Assembly (NCBI GenBank): GCA_029936675.1
Contig: JAPYSB010000007.1
Location: forward strand, 2,520 to 66,519
Length of the DNA stretch: 64,000 bases
Source of the DNA: Dehalococcoidia bacterium
GTDB taxonomy: Bacteria > Chloroflexota > Dehalococcoidia > Lucifugimonadales > UBA826
Reading direction: 5' to 3'
Below are positions 9,754 through 20,282 of this stretch, piece by piece. Numbering within the stretch: position 1 is the first letter of the stretch; each line of letters begins with the position of its first letter. Under the pieces are notes generated by a model, which was not told the DNA's origin, did not search any database, and saw nothing but the letters and a program-made list of their open reading frames with translations. A program made the translations under genes and the position numbers.

Positions 9754-12201
9754 CTAAATAGCAATCGATTCGTACTTTGCCTTCTTTTCAAGAATAAGTT
9801 TTTCTTCCACTAAGTCAACGTATATACAGTCCCCATTATCAAAATCTCCTTTTATCAGGGCAGTTGACAGAGGATTTTCAATATTTTTTCTAATGCTACG
9901 CCTAAGGGGTCTGGCCCCATATTCTCTGTCAAATCCGTCAGACGCAACCCAAGATTTAGCGGCTTCGGACAACTCTAGATCAATATCATGTTCCACGAGT
10001 TTTTTTCTTAGGTTTTCTATCATGATATCCACTATTTGGCGTTGATCTTCTTCTGAAATAGGTTGAAATATTAAAATTTCATCGACCCTGTTCAAGAATT
10101 CTGGCCTGAATGATTTCTTTAGCGCGTCTTCTATTGAAATTCTTAATTTTTCGCTATCTTTTGAGTTATCTGTGTCTCTCAAAAACCCTAACGACTCAGA
10201 AGCACTAATCGACGAACCTAAATTACTGGTCATGATTATTACTGTGTTTTTGAAATCTACGACTCTACCTTGGCCATCAGTAAGCCTACCGTCTTCGAGA
10301 ATTTGCAACAATATATTGAAAACATCAGGATGTGCTTTTTCTATCTCATCAAAAAGGATAACCTTGAAAGGCTTTTTCCTCACGGCTTCTGTCAGTTGAC
10401 CACCATCAGAATATCCCACGTATCCCGGGGGAGAGCCTATCATCCTTGCTACTGAGTGAGGCTCCATATATTCACTCATATCCAGACGCACCATATTTTC
10501 CTCATCGTCAAATAAGTACCAGGCAAGCGATCTAGCCAGTTCAGTTTTGCCAACTCCCGTTGGTCCTAAAAATATAAAACTCCCTATTGGTCTATTTTCA
10601 TCCTTGATTCCAGCACGTCCTCTTCTTACGGCTTCACAAACTGCTGCAACTGCTTCTTGTTGACCAACAAGCCTACTTTGGATACGAGATTCCATGCTAA
10701 GAAGTTTGTCTGCCTCACTTTCTAACAATCTTTCAACAGGTATGCCTGTCCAAGTAGCAATGAGGGAAGCTATATCCTCAGAAGTTACCTGCCGTTCAGA
10801 GGTTTCAAAAATGTTTAATTGGTTTTTTTCGTCTGTATAGTTTTCCTCGATTCGAGCTATTTCCACTTTTATTTCTGACGCCTTCTCAAAATCTCCCGTC
10901 TCAGAGGAAGCTATCTCTTCTATCTGTAGTTGGCGCAGTTTAGATTCTTTTTCTCTCAAAGACATTGGATGGAGCTGTTCATCGATTCGGATTTTACTTG
11001 CTGCTTCGTCTATTAAATCGACAGCTTTATCTGGGAGCAATCTTCCAGATATATATCTATGGCTCAACACTGCTGAGGAATTGAGAGCTTCATCTTGTAT
11101 TTTCAGCCTGTGATGGGCTTCATATTTGGGTCGAAGAGCTTTCAGCATCTCTATACTCGTGGCTATATCCGGCTCTTCAACCAGAATTGGCTGGAATCTT
11201 CTTTCAAGAGCGGCATCAGACTCAATGTACTTTGTGTATTCTTCCTCGGTCGTAGCACCTAGACACTGAAGTTCGCCTCTGGCGAGAGCAGGTTTCATCA
11301 TGTTGCTGGCATCAAGGCTACCGTCTGTAGCCCCGGCACCAACCACCGTATGAATTTCGTCGATAAAAAGCATGACTTGACCGTTCGACTGTTTTACTTC
11401 GTCCATAACAGCTTTTAGCCTTTCTTCGAACTCACCGCGGAATTTTGATCCAGCAAGTAAAGACCCCATATCTAAGGCAAGAATTCTCTTTGACCTAAGT
11501 TCAAAAGGGACATCTCCAGCAACTATCCTTTGTGCCAGACCCTCTGCTAAAGCTGTTTTACCTACGCCAGCCCCACCGATCATTACTGGGTTGTTTTTTG
11601 TTCTCCGTATCAAAGTCTGCATGACTCTAGATATTTCTACATCACGCCCAACAATAGGGTCCAAACGGCCTTTTTCGGCCAACAGAGTCAAATCTGTGGC
11701 AAATTTTTCTAAAGACCTATATCGACTTTCGGCTCTTTGATCTGTAATTCTATGGGAGCCCCGAATACCTTGAAGAGCTTTATACACCTCCTCAGTTGTG
11801 ACTTTAAAATCACTCAGTAGTCCGGCTGATACTCCTGTCTCTTCCTCAGTGAGGGCTATAAGAATGTGTTCCGTTCCAATAAATTCATCATTTAATCTTT
11901 GGGATTCGTCGTGCGCCCTTTCAAACAATTCAGATAATCTGGGTGTAATAAAAATTTGATTTACTTGACCAGCCATCCTGCCACCTTTTTCCAGGTTAGC
12001 GTGAAGAGTGGCATGCAGAACGTCTAGATTCACCCCCAAAACATTGAAAATTTCCGAAGGGACCCCCTTTTCTTGCTCTATTAAAGCCATAAACAGGTGT
12101 TCGGAATCCCACTGGTTGTGTCTATATCTGTTGAGTATATCCTGAGAGGCAGCTATTACCTCTTGAGCCTGTTCAGTAAACCTATCTGGACTTAAAACCA
12201 T
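9754..12201 (-). CDS. clpC: ATP-dependent Clp protease ATP-binding subunit, ClpC-type
   Basis: Clp N-terminal repeats, two AAA+ modules (GAGVGKT and GPTGVGKT), a short UVR-like middle domain and an LGF ClpP-docking loop. Confidence 0.85.
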   Translation of the reverse strand: MVLSPDRFTEQAQEVIAASQDILNRYRHNQWDSEHLFMALIEQEKGVPSEIFNVLGVNLDVLHATLHANLEKGGRMAGQVNQIFITPRLSELFERAHDESQRLNDEFIGTEHILIALTEEETGVSAGLLSDFKVTTEEVYKALQGIRGSHRITDQRAESRYRSLEKFATDLTLLAEKGRLDPIVGRDVEISRVMQTLIRRTKNNPVMIGGAGVGKTALAEGLAQRIVAGDVPFELRSKRILALDMGSLLAGSKFRGEFEERLKAVMDEVKQSNGQVMLFIDEIHTVVGAGATDGSLDASNMMKPALARGELQCLGATTEEEYTKYIESDAALERRFQPILVEEPDIATSIEMLKALRPKYEAHHRLKIQDEALNSSAVLSHRYISGRLLPDKAVDLIDEAASKIRIDEQLHPMSLREKESKLRQLQIEEIASSETGDFEKASEIKVEIARIEENYTDEKNQLNIFETSERQVTSEDIASLIATWTGIPVERLLESEADKLLSMESRIQSRLVGQQEAVAAVCEAVRRGRAGIKDENRPIGSFIFLGPTGVGKTELARSLAWYLFDDEENMVRLDMSEYMEPHSVARMIGSPPGYVGYSDGGQLTEAVRKKPFKVILFDEIEKAHPDVFNILLQILEDGRLTDGQGRVVDFKNTVIIMTSNLGSSISASESLGFLRDTDNSKDSEKLRISIEDALKKSFRPEFLNRVDEILIFQPISEEDQRQIVDIMIENLRKKLVEHDIDLELSEAAKSWVASDGFDREYGARPLRRSIRKNIENPLSTALIKGDFDNGDCIYVDLVEEKLILEKKAKYESIAI

Positions 12202-12258
12202 GTTATCGCCCCATTACAAATAATATTTTCATCGCCCGGCTTATATAATATCAATAAG

Positions 12259-12279
12259 GTTGACACGATTCAACTCAAG
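12259..12279. promoter_or_regulatory. HAIR-like (HspR) operator upstream of clpC
   Basis: Minus strand reads CTTGAGT-N7-TGTCAAC against the HAIR consensus CTTGAGT-N7-ACTCAAG. It overlaps a TTGAAT-17-TATTAT promoter candidate. Confidence 0.7.
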
Positions 12280-12383
12280 GTCGTGTAATATAGCTGCTGG
12301 AACCCCTTATTTATCATTGATTCTTAGTTACCTTGGGAAATTCATAGCATGACCATCAGTAACATGTAATACAATCAATACAC

Positions 12384-13034
12384 ATGCTAATAGATATTCA
12401 CACCCACACATATCCAACCTCAGACGACAGCACCTTGACCCCAGAAGAACTCATCACTCGAGCAAAATTGATTGGCTTGGATGGAGTTTGTTTGACTGAT
12501 CATGACGGATTTTGGAATCCTTCAGAAGTGGAAAAACTCGGCAAAGATAATGATTTTCTTGTAATCCCAGGTTGCGAAGTAACCACTGAAGAGGGTCATT
12601 TACTAGTGTATGGCTTGAGTGAATATATTTTCGGAATGCACAAATCAGCCTTTGTAAAAGACCTTGTAGATGAGGCAGGCGGCGCTATAGTGGTTGCCCA
12701 CCCATACCGAAGAGTGTATCGCGAAACCGCTCCTCAGGATAAAATTTCCTATTCCGAAATGATAAACCGAGGGTTGAGAAATGAGGTGTTTGGAATGGTG
12801 GACGGCATAGAAATAAGAAACGGCAGGGGAACGGAAAAAGAAAATGAATTTTCTGGTAACCTGGCCAAGGAACTTAAAATGCCTGGGACTGGGGCAAGCG
12901 ATGCACACAAGCTATCTGATATAGGCACGTATGCCACAGAATTTTATGACAAAGTCACTGGATTAGATGATTTCATAGTTTCGATAAAATCGGGCACATA
13001 TGATGCCAGAAAATTGGATGTTCATCCTGTATAA
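12384..13034 (+). CDS. PHP domain metal-dependent phosphoesterase
   Basis: Motifs DIHTHT, LTDHD, GCEVTT..GH, AHPYR and ASDAH. Confidence 0.9.
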   Translation: MLIDIHTHTYPTSDDSTLTPEELITRAKLIGLDGVCLTDHDGFWNPSEVEKLGKDNDFLVIPGCEVTTEEGHLLVYGLSEYIFGMHKSAFVKDLVDEAGGAIVVAHPYRRVYRETAPQDKISYSEMINRGLRNEVFGMVDGIEIRNGRGTEKENEFSGNLAKELKMPGTGASDAHKLSDIGTYATEFYDKVTGLDDFIVSIKSGTYDARKLDVHPV

Positions 13035-13041
13035 CAGTCCG

Positions 13042-14016
13042 TTATCGAAGTTCTGATATCAGCAGATCAAAGGATTCTTGTTCAGTTAATTTCCCTTCCC
13101 TCACACGAATATTAGATTTCAAAAGATTATCGTGCATATTCATTATCTTGGCCTGAGAAATTTTTTTTTCCATCTCCAAGGTCTTCTGCAAGGGATAGCC
13201 AGACAAATTAATATGTTTGCCAATATCCCCTGTTGGAATTTTCCGACTCAATAAATGTTTAGCCAGTATTAAAAAACGAAGTTGCCTCTCTATCATCCTC
13301 ACAATCCCAGAAGGAGATTCTCCCAGACTTATAAGCATTGATGAAGCATTTAGAGCATCTCTAGTCCGGCCTTCTATTACTGAATCTACAACTCTAAAGA
13401 CATTTTGCTGCCGCACATAAGGCACCATGAGGATTACGTCTTCTCTAGTTATTAAACGGCCACGCGAGTAGGTTTTGATTTTATTTAGTTCGGAATCGAT
13501 TAAACGCAATTCACTTCCTACAGAATCCGCTATAAGAGTTACCGCAGTGCGTTCGATGTCTAGACCCATTTTCGAAGAACGGGTGTTTATCCATTCTAAT
13601 AGATCTCGATGTCCAAGCGGTGAAAATTTTTCAACCTGTCCAAGTTTGAGAATAGTGGACAAGAATTTATTAGAAGGTAATGATTCTCTCTCAATTAGCA
13701 ATAAATTGGCTGTTGGGGGCAAATTCGTCAATAGATCTGGAAAATTGAGCCACTCGGTTAAATCTTTTTTTGAACCTGCGGATCTTTTATTAACACCACC
13801 CAACCTATTAAGTAAACCCTCGACAATGACCAATCGTCTATCAGCCATAAATGGGACTGTTGATAACGATGTTAACAGTTCGTCTACGGTTACAATATTC
13901 CCGTCTAACATGGTGGTGTTGATATCCGACATTTCGGGTGGGGTTACTGTTAGGCGAAACTCGGATACTCGCTCTGAAAGCCTAAATTCATCTTTCCCTT
14001 CCAAAACAACTATCAA
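13042..14016 (-). CDS. holA: DNA polymerase III subunit delta
   Basis: Motifs TVPFMADRRLVIV and SELNKI...Y; size is typical. Confidence 0.88.
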   Translation of the reverse strand: MIVVLEGKDEFRLSERVSEFRLTVTPPEMSDINTTMLDGNIVTVDELLTSLSTVPFMADRRLVIVEGLLNRLGGVNKRSAGSKKDLTEWLNFPDLLTNLPPTANLLLIERESLPSNKFLSTILKLGQVEKFSPLGHRDLLEWINTRSSKMGLDIERTAVTLIADSVGSELRLIDSELNKIKTYSRGRLITREDVILMVPYVRQQNVFRVVDSVIEGRTRDALNASSMLISLGESPSGIVRMIERQLRFLILAKHLLSRKIPTGDIGKHINLSGYPLQKTLEMEKKISQAKIMNMHDNLLKSNIRVREGKLTEQESFDLLISELR

Positions 14017-14111
14017 TTTTTCACCCCAATGATAATCTCAACAAGTCTTATATCCTGAAATAGAATAGAATCTAAGATAGACATAAAATAATCATACCCA
14101 AAGCGAAAAAC

Positions 14112-14429
14112 ATGGGCCGATTACCAATAATTTTCTTGAAATTAATGCTTGATAGAAAAATCCCTATCAAATACAAGCTTTTACCTGCCCTAGGTCTTGC
14201 CTATGTCATCTTACCATTTGACATCGTCCCTGACATGCTGCCCATCCTTGGGTTTTTAGATGACATTATCATCCTTGTCGGCACGATAATAATTTTTATG
14301 ATTTTTGGCCCGCTCAGAAAATTATCCGATGCAATGAAAAATTCCAAAACAAAAGAAAATCGACAGAAAGAAACCGATATTGTTGAAGGGGAATATCGCA
14401 TAATCGACGAGCCTACCGACTCCCAGTAA
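14112..14429 (+). CDS. YkvA/DUF1232 family membrane protein
   Basis: Motif YVILPFDIVPDMLPILGFLDD. Confidence 0.88.
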   Translation: MGRLPIIFLKLMLDRKIPIKYKLLPALGLAYVILPFDIVPDMLPILGFLDDIIILVGTIIIFMIFGPLRKLSDAMKNSKTKENRQKETDIVEGEYRIIDEPTDSQ

Positions 14430-14543
14430 TTTAATAAGAACTATAAGTCCATATGTTATAATTCTCATTCTTGTCAAACACAAAAAACGGACACAAACCC
14501 GTCATAAATACGATCAGACTTACGGGTTACAGGAATATTAACA

Positions 14544-15185
14544 ATGAGAGTTGTCTTTATAGAAGATGTTGAAGGGGTTGCATTAGGGGGAGAGATTAAG
14601 GAAGTAAAAAATGGCTTCGCAAGAAATTACCTTATTCCTAAAAACCTTGCCGCACCGGCAACACACAATAACCTACAAAGAATTCATAAACTCACAAAGA
14701 ACGCCGCCACTTCCAGGACATATCGGCTGGATGAAATGAAAAATTTGGCAGGGACCTTAGATGGGACGGAAATAAGTATCGAAATGAGAGCTGGGTCCAA
14801 CAATCGGCTTTACGGATCCGTAACTGGCACCATGGTAGCCGATGCATTGGCGGAAGAAACTGGCATAGAAATTGAAAGAAGATTGGTGCAACTTGATGAT
14901 CCCATCAGAGAAGTAGGGACATACGAAATACCACTAAGACTTTACTCAGACGTGAATGCTCTAATAAAAGTCACCGTTTACGCCACCGGAACCGACCCTT
15001 TTGAGATGGTTGCTCAAGAAGACAAAGAGTCTGATGAAGACAAGTTGTCGTCGAAAGGTGACTTGGATGGTACCCCTGAAGAGATCTCGGATTCAAATAT
15101 AGCAGAAAACGTCCCAGAATCTTCTGTTGAGCTCGAGGAAAGTAATACGACAGACGCTGAACCAGAGGAAGACTCTCAAGAGTAA
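14544..15185 (+). CDS. rplI: 50S ribosomal protein L9 with acidic C-terminal extension
   Basis: Motifs EVKNGFARNYLIPKNLA, LYGSVT and PIREVGTY. Confidence 0.96.
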   Translation: MRVVFIEDVEGVALGGEIKEVKNGFARNYLIPKNLAAPATHNNLQRIHKLTKNAATSRTYRLDEMKNLAGTLDGTEISIEMRAGSNNRLYGSVTGTMVADALAEETGIEIERRLVQLDDPIREVGTYEIPLRLYSDVNALIKVTVYATGTDPFEMVAQEDKESDEDKLSSKGDLDGTPEEISDSNIAENVPESSVELEESNTTDAEPEEDSQE

Positions 15186-15285
15186 CCGGAAACTGAATTG
15201 TCGATAACATTTCGACTTGATTGCGTGGAAGCGATCATGTGATAATCGACAACCCATACGCCAAATTGGACCCCGGGAGATTGGG

Positions 15286-16656
15286 TTGTACACCGATAGA
15301 ACTCTGCCACACGATATCGAAGCTGAACACTCGGTCATAGGATCTTTGCTATTAGACGGAGATTCATTGTCAAAAGTGTCTTCTATATTGAAACCCACTG
15401 ATTTTTACCTGGAAAAAAACCGATACTGCTTTGAGGCTTGTTTGGATTTAGCTGGGAGAAATGAGGTCATAAACCAGGTAACTGTAGCTCATGAATTGTC
15501 TCTCCAAGAAAAATTGGATTCTATAGGAGGATCAGTTCATCTATCAGATATTGTCAATGGAGTGCCAAGCCCAGCTCACATACTGCATTTTGCTCAAATA
15601 GTCCAAAGAACCTCGATTATGCGGCAACTTGTGCAAGCTGCTGGTTCGATTGCGAACATAGGGTATGAAAGTTCCCCTGACACCAACGAATCGTTAAACA
15701 GGGCAGAAGAGCTCCTTTTCGGCATCCGTTCTGAACGAGGAACAAGGGATTTCGCTGCATTACGTGATGTTCTAGACAACTATATGGCTGAAAGTCTACA
15801 ACCGGACATAAACAGGTTAGCCCCCGTCCAAAGTGGTTACAGTCAATTTGATCAGCTTTTGGGAGGGGGAATGCAGCGATCTGACCTATTAATAGTGGCC
15901 GCTAGGCCTAGCCTGGGGAAAAGTACCCTGGCCTTTAACATGGCTGCAGCAGCAGCAGCTAATGGTAACAATGTTGGTATTTTCAGTCTAGAAATGAGTG
16001 CTGAACAGATAGCCCTCCGTCTTCTTTCAAGTGAAGCCCATGTCGATAGCCATAGACTGCGGCTTCAATTAATCAACGAAATGGAAGAGCAAAGACTCTT
16101 CGATGCAATTGGCAATCTTTCTGACCTTCCCCTATACATTGACGACACTCCATTTCAAACGATCGTTGAGATGCGTAGTAAAGCCAGACGCCTTCAAGCA
16201 GAGCGAGGTCTAGACCTAATAATAGTGGACTATTTGCAGCTGATAAATGGCAGTGGTGGTAGAAATAGCAACAGGGTTCAGGAAATGGGAGAAATATCAA
16301 GATCATTGAAGGGTATGGCTAGAGATCTTAACGTACCGGTGTTAGCCTGCTCACAACTAAGTCGGGCAATAGAACAACGTCCAGATCACCGGCCCATGTT
16401 ATCCGATTTACGAGAAAGTGGCAGCATAGAGCAGGATGCTGATGTGGTTGCTTTCATACATCGCGAAGACAGATACGTCGACCCTGAAGCCTGGGAAAAA
16501 CGATATCCCACCCAAGAATATCCAGCTAACATTGCAGACATAATAGTAGCTAAACATAGAAATGGTCGAACTGGGGGAATAAAGCTTTATTTTCAAGAAC
16601 GTTTCGTTAAATTTGAGGATCTAGAAATTTATCAGCAAGACTCAGTAAGTGCATAA
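15286..16656 (+). CDS. dnaB: Replicative DNA helicase
   Basis: Motifs LPHDIEAE, AARPSLGKS, FSLEMS, VDYLQL, SQLSR and SDLRESGSIEQDAD. I moved the start to TTG 15286, which follows a GGGAG SD. Confidence 0.96.
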   Translation: MYTDRTLPHDIEAEHSVIGSLLLDGDSLSKVSSILKPTDFYLEKNRYCFEACLDLAGRNEVINQVTVAHELSLQEKLDSIGGSVHLSDIVNGVPSPAHILHFAQIVQRTSIMRQLVQAAGSIANIGYESSPDTNESLNRAEELLFGIRSERGTRDFAALRDVLDNYMAESLQPDINRLAPVQSGYSQFDQLLGGGMQRSDLLIVAARPSLGKSTLAFNMAAAAAANGNNVGIFSLEMSAEQIALRLLSSEAHVDSHRLRLQLINEMEEQRLFDAIGNLSDLPLYIDDTPFQTIVEMRSKARRLQAERGLDLIIVDYLQLINGSGGRNSNRVQEMGEISRSLKGMARDLNVPVLACSQLSRAIEQRPDHRPMLSDLRESGSIEQDADVVAFIHREDRYVDPEAWEKRYPTQEYPANIADIIVAKHRNGRTGGIKLYFQERFVKFEDLEIYQQDSVSA

Positions 16657-17309
16657 TGCCATTTCAAGGTTTTATAAAAGGGGTGAGGTACATACCCGTT
16701 CCTGCTCCTGTATTCGGAGAATTATTGCAGGAAATTCAAGATATAACTGAGTTAAAAATAATTCTTCGGATTATCCGTTTGCTGCACAATAAAAAAGGTT
16801 TGGAAAGGTATGTGTCCATAGACGAACTGCTGGCAGACCGTGTTCTTTCAATCGGCATGGGCTCGATGGATCTGGATAGTCGGAGAACACATATCCTTCA
16901 GTCTTTAGAATCGTCAGAGAAACGGAAAATATTAATTAAGATCAACAGGAAAAATACAGGCACATTCGCATATTTCTTGAACACGGAATTCGAAAGGCAA
17001 GCAATCGGGAAAATGAAGGATTCTGAACACCAATCCGACTTTGAGCCTTGGGAAACCGGCGAAGATAGACCAAATATATATTCTCTTTATGAACAAAATA
17101 TTGGTATATTAACTCCGATTGTGGCAGAAAAAATCGGAGAAGCTGAACAAAGATACCCTGTGGAGTGGATAGAGGAAGCAATAACAGAGGCTGTATCTCT
17201 AAATTCAAGAAATTGGAGATACATTTCGAGAATACTAGAACGGTGGGAAATAGAGGGAAAACAAAATGGAGAATCTAGGAAGCATTCTGGCAAAGCTAGA
17301 TACATTTAA
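16656..17309 (+). CDS. DnaD domain protein
   Basis: C-terminal DnaD/DnaB_2 motif (IYSLYEQNIG...WIEEAI...NWRYISRILERW); translationally coupled to dnaB. Confidence 0.85.
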   Translation: MPFQGFIKGVRYIPVPAPVFGELLQEIQDITELKIILRIIRLLHNKKGLERYVSIDELLADRVLSIGMGSMDLDSRRTHILQSLESSEKRKILIKINRKNTGTFAYFLNTEFERQAIGKMKDSEHQSDFEPWETGEDRPNIYSLYEQNIGILTPIVAEKIGEAEQRYPVEWIEEAITEAVSLNSRNWRYISRILERWEIEGKQNGESRKHSGKARYI

Positions 17310-18618
17310 AGCTAACAGAAGCAACGATCTCTCTCAAGATATAGATCTAAATCCACCTATAATTTGTGATATATGCAACGATAAAGGCTGGCTAACCCCC
17401 AAACTTCCAACGGGTCACCAAGATTTCGGGTCGATAAAATCTTGTGTGTGTCGAAAAAATGTAAAACAGGAAGAACTGACGACGAGGCTACTTTCATACA
17501 GTAACTTAGGGTCTCTCTCACGCTACACTTTTGAAACTTTAGATCTGAAAAATGAAACAGCTCAACAGGATGCGGACGACATCTTTCGTGAGGCTTTCAT
17601 AAACTGTTCCAATTATTCCGAACGCCCGAGCGGCTGGATATTGATCAACGGTCCCCATGGATCCGGCAAAACACACCTTTCCGCGGCAATAGCTAACAGG
17701 TGTATTTCAACAGGAAAACCCGCGTTCTTTATATATGTACCTGATTTAATGGACCATCTCAGAGCTAGTTATACAAATAATTCAGACTTTGAATATGACG
17801 ACTTATTTGACCAAGTTAAGAATGCGCCAATATTAATCCTCGACGGTATAACTGACCACAGCGTAAGTAGCTGGTCGGCGGAGAAATTGAATCAGATCCT
17901 CAATCACCGATCAAACGGAAGACTCCCCACTATTTTGACGACTTCTGAAGATATCAATTCTTTAGACCCGTTTATTAGAAGCCGAATATACGATTCAAAT
18001 CTTTGCAATATAGTCACAACGGATTCAAGAATTAGTAGTTATGATGAAATGTCTTCTCTCGGGGCTATTCCTAAAGAGCTTTCACAAATGAACTTCGATA
18101 CCTTTAACTCAAAAGGGAGGAGGGGAAATTCCAATTTAGAACCAGTGTTTGAAAGTGCCAAAAAATACAGTCAGACCCCAGATGGATGGCTCACCTTCTA
18201 TAGCGATAATTCAGGAGTGGGTAAAACCCATTTGGCAGTTGCTATCGGGAATTACCGCAAATCAGTTGGCGAGGATGTTTTCTTTGCATTCGTACCAGAA
18301 TTGATGGATGAATTGAGATCCGGGTTCTCTCCCGACAGCTCACTTAGCTCATCTCGTATTTTCGATAGGGTTAAGGATTCCTCATTATTAATTTTGGATG
18401 ACTTGGGAAATGAACAAGATACAAACTGGTCCCAAAAAACGATATATCATCTTTTGGTTTACCGACACAATCACAGACTACCAACGATTATAACGACCAG
18501 GACAGATTTCACCAGCATAGCCAGTAAAAGCGCGCAAGCCTCCAGAATTCAAGATGCGAAAATAGGCCAAATTCTGAACATACAAGCTCCAGATTACAGA
18601 ATGGGCAGAACCCGATAA
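17266..18618 (+). CDS. DnaC/DnaI (IstB-like) helicase loader with two tandem AAA+ domains
   Basis: N-terminal CDIC...CVC zinc site and two Walker A motifs (GPHGSGKTH and SGVGKTH), each followed by VPD/ELMD.LR and LILD. Confidence 0.85.
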   Translation: MENLGSILAKLDTFKANRSNDLSQDIDLNPPIICDICNDKGWLTPKLPTGHQDFGSIKSCVCRKNVKQEELTTRLLSYSNLGSLSRYTFETLDLKNETAQQDADDIFREAFINCSNYSERPSGWILINGPHGSGKTHLSAAIANRCISTGKPAFFIYVPDLMDHLRASYTNNSDFEYDDLFDQVKNAPILILDGITDHSVSSWSAEKLNQILNHRSNGRLPTILTTSEDINSLDPFIRSRIYDSNLCNIVTTDSRISSYDEMSSLGAIPKELSQMNFDTFNSKGRRGNSNLEPVFESAKKYSQTPDGWLTFYSDNSGVGKTHLAVAIGNYRKSVGEDVFFAFVPELMDELRSGFSPDSSLSSSRIFDRVKDSSLLILDDLGNEQDTNWSQKTIYHLLVYRHNHRLPTIITTRTDFTSIASKSAQASRIQDAKIGQILNIQAPDYRMGRTR

Positions 18619-18639
18619 ACACAGGAACCAAACCTTTAA

Positions 18640-19005
18640 ATGACAATAGCTGAAGGCTGTATATTCTGCGAAATAATTTCCGGAAAGGAACCGGCTGATT
18701 CCTACCACGAGGAAAAAGATTTTGTGGTCTTTGAAAATAACCTTAGATGGTTTTCAACTCAATTGCTTTTCGTACCCAAATTACATATGACCCAGTCTAA
18801 TTTATGGTCATCGAAAAGTTTGATATCTGAAATCGGATTTCTTGCTAATGAAATGGGTCAGAAAAGGTGTCCATCGGGTTATAGAATTCTCTCCAATTTT
18901 GGAGAGGACGGTATGCAGTCCCAGAAGCATGCACACCTGCACCTAGTTGGTGGAAGTAAATTGGGAATGTACGTATGGGGTAAGCTGAGGAAAAACCCGC
19001 TGTGA
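18640..19005 (+). CDS. HIT family nucleotide-binding protein
   Basis: CIFC at the N-terminus and a Q..KHAHLHLVGG histidine triad. Confidence 0.9.
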   Translation: MTIAEGCIFCEIISGKEPADSYHEEKDFVVFENNLRWFSTQLLFVPKLHMTQSNLWSSKSLISEIGFLANEMGQKRCPSGYRILSNFGEDGMQSQKHAHLHLVGGSKLGMYVWGKLRKNPL

Positions 19006-19097
19006 GAAAGTAGCGAAAATTCCCGAATATCTCTATTACCCTCCAAATGGCAAAATGCGGTTATATGATGTCAACCATATTAAATATGTCTTCATCG

Positions 19098-20153
19098 CTA
19101 CGAATTAAGTGCATTATCAGCCCATAGGATTATTTCTTCAGTTTTGTCCCAACCAACACAGGCATCTGTAATTGATACACCATACTCCAGGGTACCTGGA
19201 TCATTACCAAGTTTCTGACTTCCAGGATTTATATTGCTCTCAAGCATCACTCCCACAATGCTATTGTTCCCGCCTGCTCGCTGTGAAATCACATCTTCAA
19301 ACACCGAAGGCTGTCTTTCGTGATCTTTATTAGAGTTACCATGACTGCAATCAATTATTAATCGCTGGTCCAACCCCCCGTTGGATAAAACTTCATTAGC
19401 CGATTTTATTGAATCTGAGTCATAGTTAGGACCTAATTTACCCCCTCTCAACACCAAATGGCCATCTGGATTACCACCAGTTCTTAAAACACACACGTGC
19501 CCATCAGGCCCAGTCCCTACATATGAATGCTGGCTGCGGGCGGCCAATATACCATCCACCGCGGTCTCAAAACTTCCATCCGTACCATTCTTGAACCCAA
19601 CCGGAATTCCAATTGCACTCGCCATCTGTCTATGGGTTTGACTCTCAGTTGTCCTTGCACCTATTGCAACCCAAGAAACTAAATCTTCAAAATAATGCGG
19701 GACTACAGGGTCCAAAACCTCACAAGCTGCAGGCATTCCCATGTCATTGATTTCTTGCAGCAATCGCCTTGCTCGCTGTAATCCTTGTGAAATATCAAAT
19801 GTCTCATCGAGCCCAGGATCATTTATCAGACCCTTCCAACCTACCGTTGTTCTAGGTTTCTCAAAATATACTCTCATCACAACATATATTTTTTCACTAA
19901 GCCGATCTCTCAGTTCAATCAGTCTTCGAGCATAATCCAGAGCGGCTTCCTCGTCATGAATAGAGCAAGGTCCCGTTATTATCATTACTTTATCGGCATC
20001 GCCATGGAGAATATTTTTTATTGTCTTTCTAGCCTCTTGAACGGTTAAAGCGGCATTATCAGATCTGGGAAATCTGTCTACTAGCTCTAGGGGGCTAAAC
20101 AAGTGATTTGAAGAAAACCCCAACCCTTGGACATGGCTTTTTTGACTGCTCAT
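19098..20153 (-). CDS. aroF: 3-deoxy-7-phosphoheptulonate (DAHP) synthase, class I-alpha (AroF/G/H family)
   Basis: Motifs GPCSIHD, RVYFEKPRTTVGWKGLINDP, IGARTTESQTHR, DCSHGNS and YGVSITDAC. The choice of aroF over aroG is inferred. Confidence 0.93.
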   Translation of the reverse strand: MSSQKSHVQGLGFSSNHLFSPLELVDRFPRSDNAALTVQEARKTIKNILHGDADKVMIITGPCSIHDEEAALDYARRLIELRDRLSEKIYVVMRVYFEKPRTTVGWKGLINDPGLDETFDISQGLQRARRLLQEINDMGMPAACEVLDPVVPHYFEDLVSWVAIGARTTESQTHRQMASAIGIPVGFKNGTDGSFETAVDGILAARSQHSYVGTGPDGHVCVLRTGGNPDGHLVLRGGKLGPNYDSDSIKSANEVLSNGGLDQRLIIDCSHGNSNKDHERQPSVFEDVISQRAGGNNSIVGVMLESNINPGSQKLGNDPGTLEYGVSITDACVGWDKTEEIILWADNALNS

Positions 20154-20223
20154 TTTAATCCTCAATTTTTGAATTGAATTTTTTTGCTACTTTTGCTACT
20201 TTTATGATCTATTCATAAAACCC

Positions 20224-20258
20224 AAAAAAAAAAGCCCCAATCGCTACCGATTGTGGGC
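20224..20258 (-). terminator. Attenuator terminator upstream of the DAHP synthase
   Basis: GCCC-A-CAATCG-gtag-CGATTG-G-GGGC hairpin followed by T10 on the minus strand. Confidence 0.9.
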
Positions 20259-20282
20259 TCCTGTCTGACTTTGGATATATTC

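Noticed and set aside
17266-18618. IS21 element suggested by IstB-like domains
   Set aside because: There is no IstA transposase or terminal repeat, and the gene is coupled to dnaB-dnaD.
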